A stretch of 64,000 bases of DNA from Candidatus Bathyarchaeota archaeon (GTDB lineage Archaea; Thermoproteota; Bathyarchaeia; Bathyarchaeales; Bathycorpusculaceae). Position 1 is the first letter of the stretch; every line of letters starts with the position of its first letter. This document shows, piece after piece, positions 1 through 10,122 of this stretch. The position numbers and the translations under genes are program-made. Location: the NCBI GenBank assembly GCA_963828195.1, contig CAWHDT010000005.1, positions 224,001-288,000 of the forward strand. Reading direction: 5' to 3'. A model generated the notes under the pieces. It was not told where the DNA came from. It did not search any database and saw nothing but the letters and a program-made list of their open reading frames with translations.

Positions 1-62
1 CGTTGGTAGAGCAGCTGGCTGTTAACCAGTCGGTCAAGGTCCGAATCTTTTCGACGGCGCCA
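1..62 (+). tRNA. tRNA-Asn(GTT), 5' end outside window, T-arm degenerate (possible pseudo-tRNA or att remnant)
   Basis: D-loop TTGGTAGAGC, anticodon arm GCTGG-CTGTTAA-CCAGT, 3' acceptor strand CGACGGC-G-CCA; T-loop reads TCCGAAT and the T-stem is imperfect. Confidence 0.7.
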
Positions 63-267
63 TATTTACCTTCATTTTTAAAAGTTAAATGAAAAGTTGC
101 CTTCAAGCTTTGAAAAACCTTTTTTACAAGTGTTTAATTTTCATTTTGAGCAAGGGGCACGTCATCATTCATGCTCTCAACAGATGACGGTTTGGAAAGT
201 GATGGCTCAATCTCTTTTTGCAATGGTGGAATACTATTAAGTAAAACTGTATAGTATTGATTAATCC

Positions 268-879
268 ATGGGTAATTTGAATAAGAATCCGCAAAAAAGA
301 GAAATAATGAATACAGCGGTCAAGCAGTCAAAGCAATCAACACTTGATAATATCGCTTATCAATTCAACATTTCAAAGCCAACTATGACGGGTAAGCCGA
401 CAAAAGCAATAATGATTAACGACATCATTAGCCAATTCAAAGAAGAAGAGCTTTTTCTAAATGTCGATTTTACTCTGGTCCCTTCAAAGGTTTCTTTTTC
501 TAAAGTCAGCATAGATTTGTTTTTTCAAGAGCACCAGCTCATTTCTAATACGCTTAGCATACCTCAAAGTACGCTATTAAACGACAGATTCGATTATCCC
601 ATGGTCTTAGATATGAGAGGAATTGATGCAGGAAGTTACCTGATAGAGGTCGAAATGTATGAGTTATGGTCTCCTGATGAGAAGCTCTTCTTCACGTCCA
701 AGTCGATTGTTATAGATTATGTCCCGCAAACTAGGGAATCAAGACTTGTAAAAATACCGACTGTTAAGAGCGTTGCGGGTTCAACCTTAACAGTTGTTTC
801 ATCCAGCGAAAAAGAGATTTACCGCGATTTACAGCAGGACCTAAAGCAACAAGAAACAAGCAAAAGAGACAAATGGTAA
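268..879 (+). CDS. hypothetical protein
   Basis: 203-aa ORF, no recognised motif. Confidence 0.6.
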   Translation: MGNLNKNPQKREIMNTAVKQSKQSTLDNIAYQFNISKPTMTGKPTKAIMINDIISQFKEEELFLNVDFTLVPSKVSFSKVSIDLFFQEHQLISNTLSIPQSTLLNDRFDYPMVLDMRGIDAGSYLIEVEMYELWSPDEKLFFTSKSIVIDYVPQTRESRLVKIPTVKSVAGSTLTVVSSSEKEIYRDLQQDLKQQETSKRDKW

Positions 880-966
880 CCTAAAAAGATCAGATGTCAG
901 AATTAAAAAACATATGAAAAGCCTAAAATATCCGCCAACTAAAAAAAGGTGAATTAGCGAAAACTT

Positions 967-1278
967 ATGTTTGAACCCCATCAAGGAAACGTGAAATTAG
1001 ATTGTGAATTTGATAAAGTATGGGATTATTTGAAAGCGAAGGGGGAGCTTTATTTGCAGACTGAGGTAGAAGGCAAGCCATTTATCGCAAAAGCAAGGGT
1101 GGCAACAAGGGGAAAACATTCAGGGGAACAAGTAATAGTTTTTCTCCATGAAAAGAATGGGAAGCGAACTGAATCTGCAAGAGGTTATGAATGCTGCTGG
1201 GGGCATTACTACAACTGCTACGGAACCAGAATCGGCATGTACTTTAAAGCATTGGTCCACTCGACACGATTTTCATAG
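967..1278 (+). CDS. hypothetical protein
   Basis: 103-aa ORF preceded by AGGTGA SD-like motif; C-terminal CCWGHYYNC. Confidence 0.65.
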   Translation: MFEPHQGNVKLDCEFDKVWDYLKAKGELYLQTEVEGKPFIAKARVATRGKHSGEQVIVFLHEKNGKRTESARGYECCWGHYYNCYGTRIGMYFKALVHSTRFS

Positions 1279-1642
1279 AACAGTTTTTTCATTTCACTTT
1301 TCCAAACGATAATAGCTTTGAACAAAAAAGCTATAAGTTAACAAACAAAATTTTTTGCTTTTTTATTATTGTGACTCAAATCGACATTTCGTAAATTGGA
1401 AATAGCTATCGTTGAGTTAATGGGCGAAAATTAGTGTTAAACGGATTTAGCCTTACGCTAACAGGGATAAGGGAAAAAGAAGAGAGAGGGGACCTTATCT
1501 TCTATTAGCAGCCGAACCCGCTCAAACAACCGCTGGCTCTTAGCTTTCTTCTTGATTATCCCTTATCGTTCAAAGAGAATATAAAATAATGTTGTCGCAC
1601 ATTGAAGCAACAATCAAAAGTTATTGATTGATCAGTCTGATT

Positions 1643-2017
1643 TTATTTTTGTTTAAGTTTTTCGTCGAGGATTCCAATTAGTGTTTCTGGTTTGACTGGT
1701 TTAAGTAGAAATAAGTCGGCTCCTCTATTTACCTCGTCGAGCGTATCGGTTGACATAGGCGTACCTGTCAATACTATCTTCAGCATGCCGGGGGCTACTT
1801 TACTCATCTGAGGCAACAAATCGGTTCCCAATGTTTCCCCTAAACCGACATCAATCAAAGCTGCATCAAACTTTTTAGTGGACAGTTTTTCTGAAGCCTC
1901 TTTGCCCGTTTGAGCTGTAATTACATCGTAGCCTTCTCTGCTCAACAGACGAGCCATAGTTCTCAGAATGGAAACGTTATCATCAATTACAAGTATGCTA
2001 CGCTTATTCTCAGCCAT
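1643..2017 (-). CDS. response regulator receiver domain protein
   Basis: ILVIDD, ALID phospho-acceptor, VLTG, LLKP motifs. Confidence 0.9.
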   Translation of the reverse strand: MAENKRSILVIDDNVSILRTMARLLSREGYDVITAQTGKEASEKLSTKKFDAALIDVGLGETLGTDLLPQMSKVAPGMLKIVLTGTPMSTDTLDEVNRGADLFLLKPVKPETLIGILDEKLKQK

Positions 2018-2210
2018 GAATTAAACAAGTCCTTCTGGGATTATTTCTCGCGGAAAAATATCTAAATCAACTGAATAATCGCCGAATGTTTAAACATTTG
2101 TTGCAGCAACTTGACACATACATTTCCTCAAACAACTAAAGCTAATTTTTTTAAGCATAATCTAATAAGAGCAAAGACATCCGACGTACAATAATAAGAT
2201 AGAAAGTCAT

Positions 2211-5200
2211 TTGAGCATCTTAAACAGTAAAGGTAACAGGCAGATGGGTTATGTGGCAAACACAGACGAAATGAACGATAAGCTTCAGGTTGATTTTCCT
2301 GTTGTCGGAATCGGTGCTTCTGCCGGCGGGTTAGAAGCATTCAGGAGTTTGCTTGAATGTTTATCTGTTAACACGGGCTTATCTTTTGTTGTCATCCAGC
2401 ATCTGGCCGCTGGACAAGAAAGCATGCTTACAGATATTCTATCAAGATTTACTAAAATTCCAGTCCAAATCATCAAAGATGGGACATCAATTGAACCAAA
2501 CCATGTTTACGTGATTCCGCCAGGAACCACCATGACAGTGGAAAAAAAAGTTCTTAAACTCAACCCAAAAGGCAAGTCTCTAAAACCCATAGACACCTTT
2601 TTTATTTCTCTCGCCGAAGACTCAAAAGCTCAAAGCATCGGCGTCGTGCTTTCAGGCACAGGTTCTGATGGAACCGAAGGACTAAAAGCCATCAAAGCCC
2701 AGGGCGGAATCACGTTCGCGCAGACTCCAAGCTCAGCCCAGTACCCAGACATGCCGCAAAACGCTATTGCAGCCGACGCCACAGACTTCGTTCTAACCCC
2801 AGACAACATCGCGCTGGAACTCCAGAAAATCTCCAAGAACCCACATCTTGCCCACACCACGATTGAAGCAAAAGAAGAGAAAGCTGCAGAAAAAGCCGTT
2901 CCAAAGAGGGAAACTGGTTTAAACGCAATATTTGCCATGCTAAAATCAAATTTCAACGTTGATTTTTCACACTATAAAGAAACGGTTGTAAACCGGCGTG
3001 TCTCCCGCCGAATGGTAATTAACCACTTAGAGAAAATGGCGAAGTACGTTGAGTATTTGCGGACGCATCCAAATGAGCTCGAAGCGTTGTTTAACGATAT
3101 GCTAATTGGTGTGACAAGTTTCTTCAGAGAAACCGAAACCTTTGTTGCCCTGAAAGAAACAGCTTTTCCGGATTTAGTTAAAAAACACAATTCTAAAGAG
3201 CCTATCCGCTTTTGGATTCCAGGCTGCTCAACGGGAGAAGAAGCCTACTCATTTGCCATAGCAATTCAAGAATACCTTGAAGAAAACTCAATTAATGATC
3301 TTCAAATCCAAATTTTCGGCACCGACGTCAACGAAAAAAACATTGAAAAAGCACGACAAGGAATCTACCAAAAAACCATAGAGGCTGACGTTTCTGAAAA
3401 CCGACTAAAACGTTACTTCGTTAGCCTCAACAGCGGCGGCAACTATCAAATCTCCAAAAAAATCCGAGACAAATGCGTGTTTGCAAAGCAAGACATAACC
3501 GCTGACCCACCCTTCTCCAACATGGATCTAGTCAGCTGCCGCAACATGCTAATTTACTTTGACGAATATCTTCATGAAAGAGTACTGCCCACGCTGCACT
3601 ATGCCTTGAAGGTAGGTGGCTTTCTTGTTCTTGGGCAATCTGAAAGCATAGGCAAATTTACAAGCCTATTTGAACCCGTAAAAAAGACGACGATTTATTT
3701 AAAAAAGAGGACCCAGCCGAGCATCACTTTTGGATTACAAACTTCGCCCTACCAGCATAAGCTTAAAGAAATCAAAGCAGGCGAAAAGAAAGATACTCTT
3801 TCGATTTTAAAAGATGAAGTTGACCGTTTGCTGGTCACTGAGTATGTTCCCGCCGCTTTGCTGGTTAATGCCAATTCAGATGTTCTCGTTTTCCGAGGGA
3901 ACGTTGCTCCATACATTTTGCCTGAATCTGGGCTCGCAAGTTTGAATCTTGCTAAGATAATGCGTAAAGAGTTAAAGTCTGAAGTCCAAACCATGATTTA
4001 TAGAGCAAAAAAAGAAAATAAACCAGTAAGTGAAAATGGTGTTCGGTTCGAATTTGGTGGGGAACAAAAAACCATAAATGTTAAGGTCATTCCACTGCAA
4101 TTTGAACGGTTCGAAGAGCCGTTTTTCCTTGTTTTGTTTGATGATGTTAGTTCCGCTGCTGCGTTACTGCGTCAAACCTTAGAGTTAACATCTACTCCTC
4201 AGGGTCAGGATAGTGCCAGGGATCAACAAATTAAGGAGCTCAGAGAGGAATTGGACTCAGCTAAGCTGTCTTTGCAGAGAATTATTGAAACCGAAGAAGC
4301 GACCAACGAAGAGTTGAGAACCACCATGGAGGAAGCGCAGTCCAGCAATGAGGAGTTGCAGAGCACAAACGAAGAGTTGGAGACAGCGAAAGAGGAGCTT
4401 CAGTCAAGCAACGAAGAATTAAAAACGCTAAATGACGAAGTGAGAAATCGAAATCAAACGCTTGCACAGTTGAACGATGATCTAGTTAACTTGAACAGAA
4501 ATGTGGGTCCAGCTGTCGTTATCATCGATAGAAACCGAAAAATCAGGTTGTTTTCTCCTTCAGCAACGAAAATTTTGAATCTTTCTCCTTCAACAATTGG
4601 ATTGCCGATAACGACTATTAGACTAAGCGTAATAGTTGAGGACTTAGAAAGTACACTTGCGGAAGTTATGTCTAAACTAAGCGTTATTGCCCGAGAAGTA
4701 AGGGATGAGCAAGGCCATTATTACGAAATGCAAATTAGACCTTACATAACACTGGAGGACAAGATAGATGGCGCTGTTTTGTCCTTTATCGATATTGATG
4801 ACAGAAAAAAACTTGAAAAGACTCAGCGACTTGCCGCCATAGGCGAAACAGCAGGCATGGTTGGACATGACATCCGTAACCCCCTGCAGGCTATAACCAG
4901 CGACGTTTACTTGCTTAAAGATTATTTTTCGGCGACACCTGAAATGAAGACCAAGAAGGATGCAGCAGAAAGTTTAGACGGCATAGAGAAAAACGTTGAC
5001 TACATTAATAAAATTGTAGCTGACCTGCAAGATTATGCGAGAACGATCAGCCCCACTTTTCAAGAAACAGACTTAGAAGCTTTGTGTAAAGAAATGCTGC
5101 AGGGAAAATACATACCGGGTAACGTTGAATTTTCATGCAACATCGAGGGTTCAGCCAAAAAAATCTTGGTTGACGGCAGTTTATTGAAGCGCATTCTCGG

Positions 5201-5516
5201 CAATCTGGTGTCTAATGCAGTTCAAGCTATGCCTAATGGAGGAAAACTAGCAGTGAGTGCACATAAGGAAGCGGGCGACGTAGTTATCGCAGTTTCGGAT
5301 ACAGGCGTAGGCATCCCTAACAAAATTAAGCCAAAGGTTTTCACTCCGTTCTTCACAACCAAATCTAAGGGTCAAGGCTTAGGATTAGCCGTGGTCAAAC
5401 GCGTGACTGAAGCATTAAACGGCACAGTAGCTTTTGAGAGTAAAGAAGGAAACGGAACAACTTTCATTGTGCGCCTGCCCCCTCAAAAGCTAAACGGCAA
5501 ATGGACATTCAAGTAA
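2211..5516 (+). CDS. CheB methylesterase-CheR methyltransferase-PAS-histidine kinase fusion
   Basis: GIGASAGG/IQH/GSDG CheB triad; GCSTGEEAYS and CRNMLIYF CheR motifs; EELQSxNEEL coiled coil; HDIRNPL H-box; N, G1 and G2 boxes; true start may be downstream. Confidence 0.92.
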   Translation: MSILNSKGNRQMGYVANTDEMNDKLQVDFPVVGIGASAGGLEAFRSLLECLSVNTGLSFVVIQHLAAGQESMLTDILSRFTKIPVQIIKDGTSIEPNHVYVIPPGTTMTVEKKVLKLNPKGKSLKPIDTFFISLAEDSKAQSIGVVLSGTGSDGTEGLKAIKAQGGITFAQTPSSAQYPDMPQNAIAADATDFVLTPDNIALELQKISKNPHLAHTTIEAKEEKAAEKAVPKRETGLNAIFAMLKSNFNVDFSHYKETVVNRRVSRRMVINHLEKMAKYVEYLRTHPNELEALFNDMLIGVTSFFRETETFVALKETAFPDLVKKHNSKEPIRFWIPGCSTGEEAYSFAIAIQEYLEENSINDLQIQIFGTDVNEKNIEKARQGIYQKTIEADVSENRLKRYFVSLNSGGNYQISKKIRDKCVFAKQDITADPPFSNMDLVSCRNMLIYFDEYLHERVLPTLHYALKVGGFLVLGQSESIGKFTSLFEPVKKTTIYLKKRTQPSITFGLQTSPYQHKLKEIKAGEKKDTLSILKDEVDRLLVTEYVPAALLVNANSDVLVFRGNVAPYILPESGLASLNLAKIMRKELKSEVQTMIYRAKKENKPVSENGVRFEFGGEQKTINVKVIPLQFERFEEPFFLVLFDDVSSAAALLRQTLELTSTPQGQDSARDQQIKELREELDSAKLSLQRIIETEEATNEELRTTMEEAQSSNEELQSTNEELETAKEELQSSNEELKTLNDEVRNRNQTLAQLNDDLVNLNRNVGPAVVIIDRNRKIRLFSPSATKILNLSPSTIGLPITTIRLSVIVEDLESTLAEVMSKLSVIAREVRDEQGHYYEMQIRPYITLEDKIDGAVLSFIDIDDRKKLEKTQRLAAIGETAGMVGHDIRNPLQAITSDVYLLKDYFSATPEMKTKKDAAESLDGIEKNVDYINKIVADLQDYARTISPTFQETDLEALCKEMLQGKYIPGNVEFSCNIEGSAKKILVDGSLLKRILGNLVSNAVQAMPNGGKLAVSAHKEAGDVVIAVSDTGVGIPNKIKPKVFTPFFTTKSKGQGLGLAVVKRVTEALNGTVAFESKEGNGTTFIVRLPPQKLNGKWTFK

Positions 5517-5702
5517 ATACAGATTGCGTTGTAGCCCAAGACATGGTTTGCAGTTATAAACGCGCGATAAACCAAACCATATGTCCAAGAAATTTCAGGT
5601 ATTCTATGTGACATTTAATCGTTAGGAAGCTTGTGTGGGAACTGCAAAATTAAAATAAAAGCGCTTGATATGGTTTTCGAAGCTATAATATATTGGTGCT
5701 GA

Positions 5703-7307
5703 GTGAAAAATATGAGCAGTAAACTTAAACTTGAAGAAAACCTGCGGATTCCTGCAACGATGTCTACTCAGCATCCTGACAACGCAAACATCCCTGAATG
5801 GAGCAATGAAGAAGTAATCAACGGCAACACAGAAGTCTATGAAGCCTACTACGCATACAGTACGCTTGGCTGCCAAGAGGTTATGTGGGACTCAGAGGGA
5901 AAAGATACCGATACCCGTGTCGTGAGGAAACTGTTGCAGAAGTACTGGGATTACTTCTCGGGGCACGCAATAGGTGAAGATGTGTACTTGACATACCGTA
6001 TACCGAACCCCAGAATTGAGGGTCCTGAAAGAAAATTCTTCGTTGAAACACTCCAAAATATTCCAGTCGCACACGATGTGGCTTCGCTGGTTTACCGAAG
6101 AGAAGTTGTGCCCATTTTCGAGGTTATCTTGCCTTTTACGACCGATGCGCAAGAACTCATCATGCTTCTTAACTACTATAAAAAAGCCATAATTGGCCAT
6201 GAAGACGTAACTCTTTATGAGTCGATAACAACCAAAGAATGGATCGGCAGTTTCAATCCTAAAACCATCAAGGTAATTCCTCTGGTTGAAGATTTTGACA
6301 GCATCGTAAACGTGGATAAGATTGTTCGCCCTTACCTGCAAGCAGTTAAACCTAAGCAGCAAAGAGTCTTCATTGCGCGCTCCGACCCCGCGTTAAATTA
6401 CGGGTTAATATGCGCTGTCTTGCTCTCCAAAATCTGCCTCAGCAAACTTAAACAGCTAGAAAAAGAGCAAAACACGCTGATACACCCCATCCTTGGAGTC
6501 GGATCTAAACCCTTCAGAGGGCATCTCTCACCTGACAACATTGACAACTTCTTGGAAGAATACAAGGGATTATCAACCGTGACAGTTCAGTCAGCTTTTA
6601 GATATGACTATCCAAACGCGCAGGTAAAAGAAGGCATTGAAACCCTCAACCAACAGTTACCAAACGGCGAAGCCGAAATAATCGAACGAAATGAAGAAAC
6701 CGCCATTTTAACTATGCTTGCCAAATGCCGAGCGCAATATGAAAGCCAAATAGAATCATTGGCGCCATTCATTAACAGTGTTGCGGCCTATGTGCCTGCG
6801 AGAAGAGCACGGAAACTCCACATTGGACTCTTCGGCTACAGCAGATGCGTTGCAGGTGTATGTCTGCCAAGAGCAATAGCGTTCGCTGCATCATTATACA
6901 GCATCGGTTTGCCCCCTGAATTCATGGGACTGAGGGCTCTAAATCAACTAAATGACGAAGAATATGCGCTTCTCCAAAAATATTACCTAAAAATGCACTC
7001 TGACCTGAAGGTTGTCGGCGCCTACGTTTCAAGGGAAAACATTAACATGCTACTTGAAATGAGCAGCCAAACAGCTAAACGAGCCAACATGAGCGAAGAA
7101 AAATTCAAAAAAGCTCTTAGCAGCAGCTTAGATGACTTAAAAACGGTTGAAGAAAAACTTGGGATTAAACTTGGTCCTAAAAGCATCGCCGAGAGGAAAC
7201 ATGAGAACTTCACTAACAACTTTCTGTTAAGCTACCTGCAAAAAGAAGATGGCGAAGCAAAAAAAGCGTTACTTGAATCGGCTAAACTTCGAAAATGTTT
7301 GGGATAA
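5703..7307 (+). CDS. ppcA: archaeal-type phosphoenolpyruvate carboxylase
   Basis: IPATMSTQHPDN, EVMWDSEGK, FIARSDPALNYG, PFRGHL, LPRAI motifs. Confidence 0.93.
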   Translation: MKNMSSKLKLEENLRIPATMSTQHPDNANIPEWSNEEVINGNTEVYEAYYAYSTLGCQEVMWDSEGKDTDTRVVRKLLQKYWDYFSGHAIGEDVYLTYRIPNPRIEGPERKFFVETLQNIPVAHDVASLVYRREVVPIFEVILPFTTDAQELIMLLNYYKKAIIGHEDVTLYESITTKEWIGSFNPKTIKVIPLVEDFDSIVNVDKIVRPYLQAVKPKQQRVFIARSDPALNYGLICAVLLSKICLSKLKQLEKEQNTLIHPILGVGSKPFRGHLSPDNIDNFLEEYKGLSTVTVQSAFRYDYPNAQVKEGIETLNQQLPNGEAEIIERNEETAILTMLAKCRAQYESQIESLAPFINSVAAYVPARRARKLHIGLFGYSRCVAGVCLPRAIAFAASLYSIGLPPEFMGLRALNQLNDEEYALLQKYYLKMHSDLKVVGAYVSRENINMLLEMSSQTAKRANMSEEKFKKALSSSLDDLKTVEEKLGIKLGPKSIAERKHENFTNNFLLSYLQKEDGEAKKALLESAKLRKCLG

Positions 7308-7363
7308 CATAGCAGCTTGCTTAACTTTTTCTACCCAGGCATTTCGTCGCGTCAATTTCGCAG

Positions 7364-7906
7364 CTACAATGCACCCAATTTTTGTGAGAGGGCAACGATT
7401 TGTTCTTGGAACCTTGCGTTCATTTTATTAAATCGCATAGCTGCTGACGGATGAATAATTTCCACGTATTCTATGCCGTTCAGTCGCGGCGTATCCTTTG
7501 CGGAAGCGCCAAGCAACACGATTATTTTTGGTTTAATAACGCTTATCTGCATGTTCAAGTAGGGTAAGCATGCCGCTACCTCGTCGGGAGAGGGCTTTCT
7601 GTTTTGCGGAGAAGTATGTTTTACAATGTTGGTTATGAACACGTCCTCGCGTTTTATGCCGTTCTCAGATAGCGCCTTAGTCAAGAATTTTCCTGCTCGT
7701 CCAACGAAGGGTCTGCCAGTTTCATCTTCGTCAGCTCCGGGGTTCTGCCCCACAAACATGACCTTAGCGTTTAAGGGTCCCTCGCCGGGCACAGCATGTT
7801 TGGCTCCTTGCCAAAGCCTGCATTTTCTGCAACCGTAAATTTGCAAGTTTAAATCGTCAAGCGCCAATATGATTCGCCTTGAAGTTGGGTTATGACAGTC
7901 ACACAA
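7364..7906 (-). CDS. uracil-DNA glycosylase family 4
   Basis: CxxC, PGEG, VGQNPG, GRPFVGRAG, HPSA motifs. Confidence 0.9.
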   Translation of the reverse strand: MCDCHNPTSRRIILALDDLNLQIYGCRKCRLWQGAKHAVPGEGPLNAKVMFVGQNPGADEDETGRPFVGRAGKFLTKALSENGIKREDVFITNIVKHTSPQNRKPSPDEVAACLPYLNMQISVIKPKIIVLLGASAKDTPRLNGIEYVEIIHPSAAMRFNKMNARFQEQIVALSQKLGAL

Positions 7907-7999
7907 CCTTAAAAAAATCGCCCCAACTAGTTTATAATCAAGTTGTTACTTCTTTCTAAAAAGGAGCAAAAAAGCTTCTAACGTTTTGAAGGTTAAAAA

Positions 8000-8302
8000 A
8001 TGACTCAAGGAGAACCCGTATCTGAATCTCTTGTCGAAAGCGCAACTCGCGTTCTTTTAAGAGTTGCCTTTGCTTTTGAACCTTTAGCGCCGACAGGCAT
8101 AACTATACTTGTCAACCAGCAGCTTCACAAGTTCAAAGAAGCAGGCGCAATAGGAAACTACAAAACCAAAACTAAACGTTTAGGAAAATTTCATTACCGC
8201 ATAACAATAGATTTAGATGTAACTGGCATGCAAGCTGTCCACCTTCTCACTAACTTATTTCCCAATCAATTAAGCCGGTTCAGGAGGTGGTTCCATGACT
8301 GA
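8000..8302 (+). CDS. hypothetical protein
   Basis: 100-aa ORF, overlaps the next small ORF. Confidence 0.65.
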   Translation: MTQGEPVSESLVESATRVLLRVAFAFEPLAPTGITILVNQQLHKFKEAGAIGNYKTKTKRLGKFHYRITIDLDVTGMQAVHLLTNLFPNQLSRFRRWFHD

Positions 8303-8450
8303 AACGATGGAAAAGACAGGCAAATTGAAAGTCACAATCGAGCTTGAGGTAAACGAGCAACTGATGGATCTAGCAAAAGACGCGATAGCTAAGATGCCGA
8401 TGAGAATGCAGGAAATGTGGAAGATGCACGGCAACGAAAAGAAAGAATAA
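8295..8450 (+). CDS. small hypothetical protein (51 aa, not in ORF track)
   Basis: GGAGGTGG SD then ATG; MTETMEKTGKLKVTIELEVNEQLMDLAKDAIAKMPMRMQEMWKMHGNEKKE. Confidence 0.7.
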   Translation: MTETMEKTGKLKVTIELEVNEQLMDLAKDAIAKMPMRMQEMWKMHGNEKKE

Positions 8451-8550
8451 GCATCCCTAACAAAATAATTTGTTTTTCTTGTTTTTTATCTTTTTTCTGT
8501 TTTTAGAAAGATTTTTTACCCAAAAGATGCATTGTTCTTTAAGGATAAAT

Positions 8551-8847
8551 ATGAAGTTTTTAATTATACAAAAAGTAAAACGTGAGGTTTCCATGGAGAA
8601 ATGGGCTAAACTGCTTCCGCTTCAATTCAAGTATTTTGATGGCTTGGCGAAGGAGAAGACGCTTGAGGTATCCTATCATCTTATTGGGCAGCAGGGCAGC
8701 ATGTTGATAGTGAATGTTGATTCAGACGAGAAACTCTCAAAAATCGTCGGTCAAGACCCATTGTTTTTTGACTGCGAACGAGAAATTTACCCGCTGACGA
8801 CTCGGCAGACGCATGAGAAGCAAATTAGAGAGCTTCTTGGGCAATAA
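8551..8847 (+). CDS. muconolactone isomerase-like (dimeric alpha/beta barrel) protein
   Basis: MKFLII start; YHLIGQQGSMLIVNVDS...DPLF...EIYPL pattern; start moved from 8470 to ATG 8551. Confidence 0.55.
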   Translation: MKFLIIQKVKREVSMEKWAKLLPLQFKYFDGLAKEKTLEVSYHLIGQQGSMLIVNVDSDEKLSKIVGQDPLFFDCEREIYPLTTRQTHEKQIRELLGQ

Positions 8848-8864
8848 AGTAGCGGTTTGTTATT

Positions 8865-9425
8865 ATGGTTTGTCACGGCGGCTTCACTCTTGACGAAGCA
8901 ACTAGACGTTCATGGTACAATCCAGAGGCTGTCCTGCATGACTTACAACTTGGCATGACGTTCATCGACATCGGCTGCGGCGACGGCTTCTTCAGCATCA
9001 CGGCAGCTAAAAAAGTAGGTGAAAAAGGCAAAGTTTACGCTGTAGACTCAGACGCTATAGCAATCGAAAAACTAAACCTCAAAGCCAAAACCCAAAACTT
9101 AGAAAACATCACAGCCAAAGTCGGCGCGGCTGAAGAAACGGTTTTCTGCAGCAAATGCGCAGATTTTGTTTTCTTTAGCATGGTGCTTCATGATTTTGCT
9201 GATCCAGTCAAAGTGCTGCAAAACGCTGAAAAGATGACAAAGCCTGCGGGGACGCTGATTGATTTGGATTGGAAAAAAAAAGACATGCCTTTTGGGCCGC
9301 CGGCAAAAATTAGGTTCAGCGAAGCGTTTGCATCGGGTTTAATTGAGAAGGCTGGCTTCCAAATTTGCAGTGTTAAAGATGCCGGAAGCTATCATTATGT
9401 CGTAATGGCAAAGTCTTTGCTGTAG
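8865..9425 (+). CDS. class I SAM-dependent methyltransferase
   Basis: IDIGCGDG motif I, VYAVD. Confidence 0.88.
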   Translation: MVCHGGFTLDEATRRSWYNPEAVLHDLQLGMTFIDIGCGDGFFSITAAKKVGEKGKVYAVDSDAIAIEKLNLKAKTQNLENITAKVGAAEETVFCSKCADFVFFSMVLHDFADPVKVLQNAEKMTKPAGTLIDLDWKKKDMPFGPPAKIRFSEAFASGLIEKAGFQICSVKDAGSYHYVVMAKSLL

Positions 9426-9429
9426 AAAA

Positions 9430-10038
9430 TCATTTTTGCTCGGCGTGAGCGTAAAGTTCAAGCAGGTCTCTTTTGAAGAGTTCAGGCTGATCTTTGTAGG
9501 CTGAATGAGAGGCTCCACTGTAAACTAAAAGTTTAGCGTTAGGCAGCCTATTGGCCAGGGTTCTCATTTCTTCTCCTGAAATAATGTTATCTTGTGAACC
9601 CCAAATAATCTTCACAGGAAAATTGAACTTTCCATAAGATTGCACTAAATCATCGTCTTCCAACGCTCTACCAGGCGCAATCAAAAGTAAACCTTTTAGG
9701 GGGAAACGAGCGGCATACCTTAATGCTACATGCCCACCTATGCTGGCGCCGACAAGAACAGGCACTGCCGAACCGAACATGCTCTTGACAGCTTCAACTG
9801 CAAACGCCACGTTAGCTTCGGGGTTTCTGGTTTTAGGTTGGCATTTGCTTCTTAAACCGTAAGGCATATCTAAAGCTAAAAAGGGTACATGCTTCTCCAT
9901 TAATAGTTCAGTTGCTCCAATGCTCTGCCAAATATCCATTGTATAAGATAAGCCGTGAAGAAAAACAATCGGAACACCCGGAGCATTGAAGTATAAAGCC
10001 GGGCATTTATGACCTGCTGCAGATAACGTTTTTTCCAT
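9430..10038 (-). CDS. alpha/beta hydrolase
   Basis: FLHG, GASIGG nucleophile elbow, WGSQD, GASH. Confidence 0.88.
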   Translation of the reverse strand: MEKTLSAAGHKCPALYFNAPGVPIVFLHGLSYTMDIWQSIGATELLMEKHVPFLALDMPYGLRSKCQPKTRNPEANVAFAVEAVKSMFGSAVPVLVGASIGGHVALRYAARFPLKGLLLIAPGRALEDDDLVQSYGKFNFPVKIIWGSQDNIISGEEMRTLANRLPNAKLLVYSGASHSAYKDQPELFKRDLLELYAHAEQK

Positions 10039-10122
10039 AAATTCAATTACGTTTCGTTTCTTATAACATTTGACTCCTAGTTAACGCCTGTGCGAAAAGA
10101 ATAATAGCCTTTCAATCTCTAG

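Noticed and set aside
4290-4440. Tandem-like GAAGAG/AACGAAGAG repeats in the CheR fusion
   Set aside because: They encode the normal EELQSxNEEL heptad coil of this protein family.
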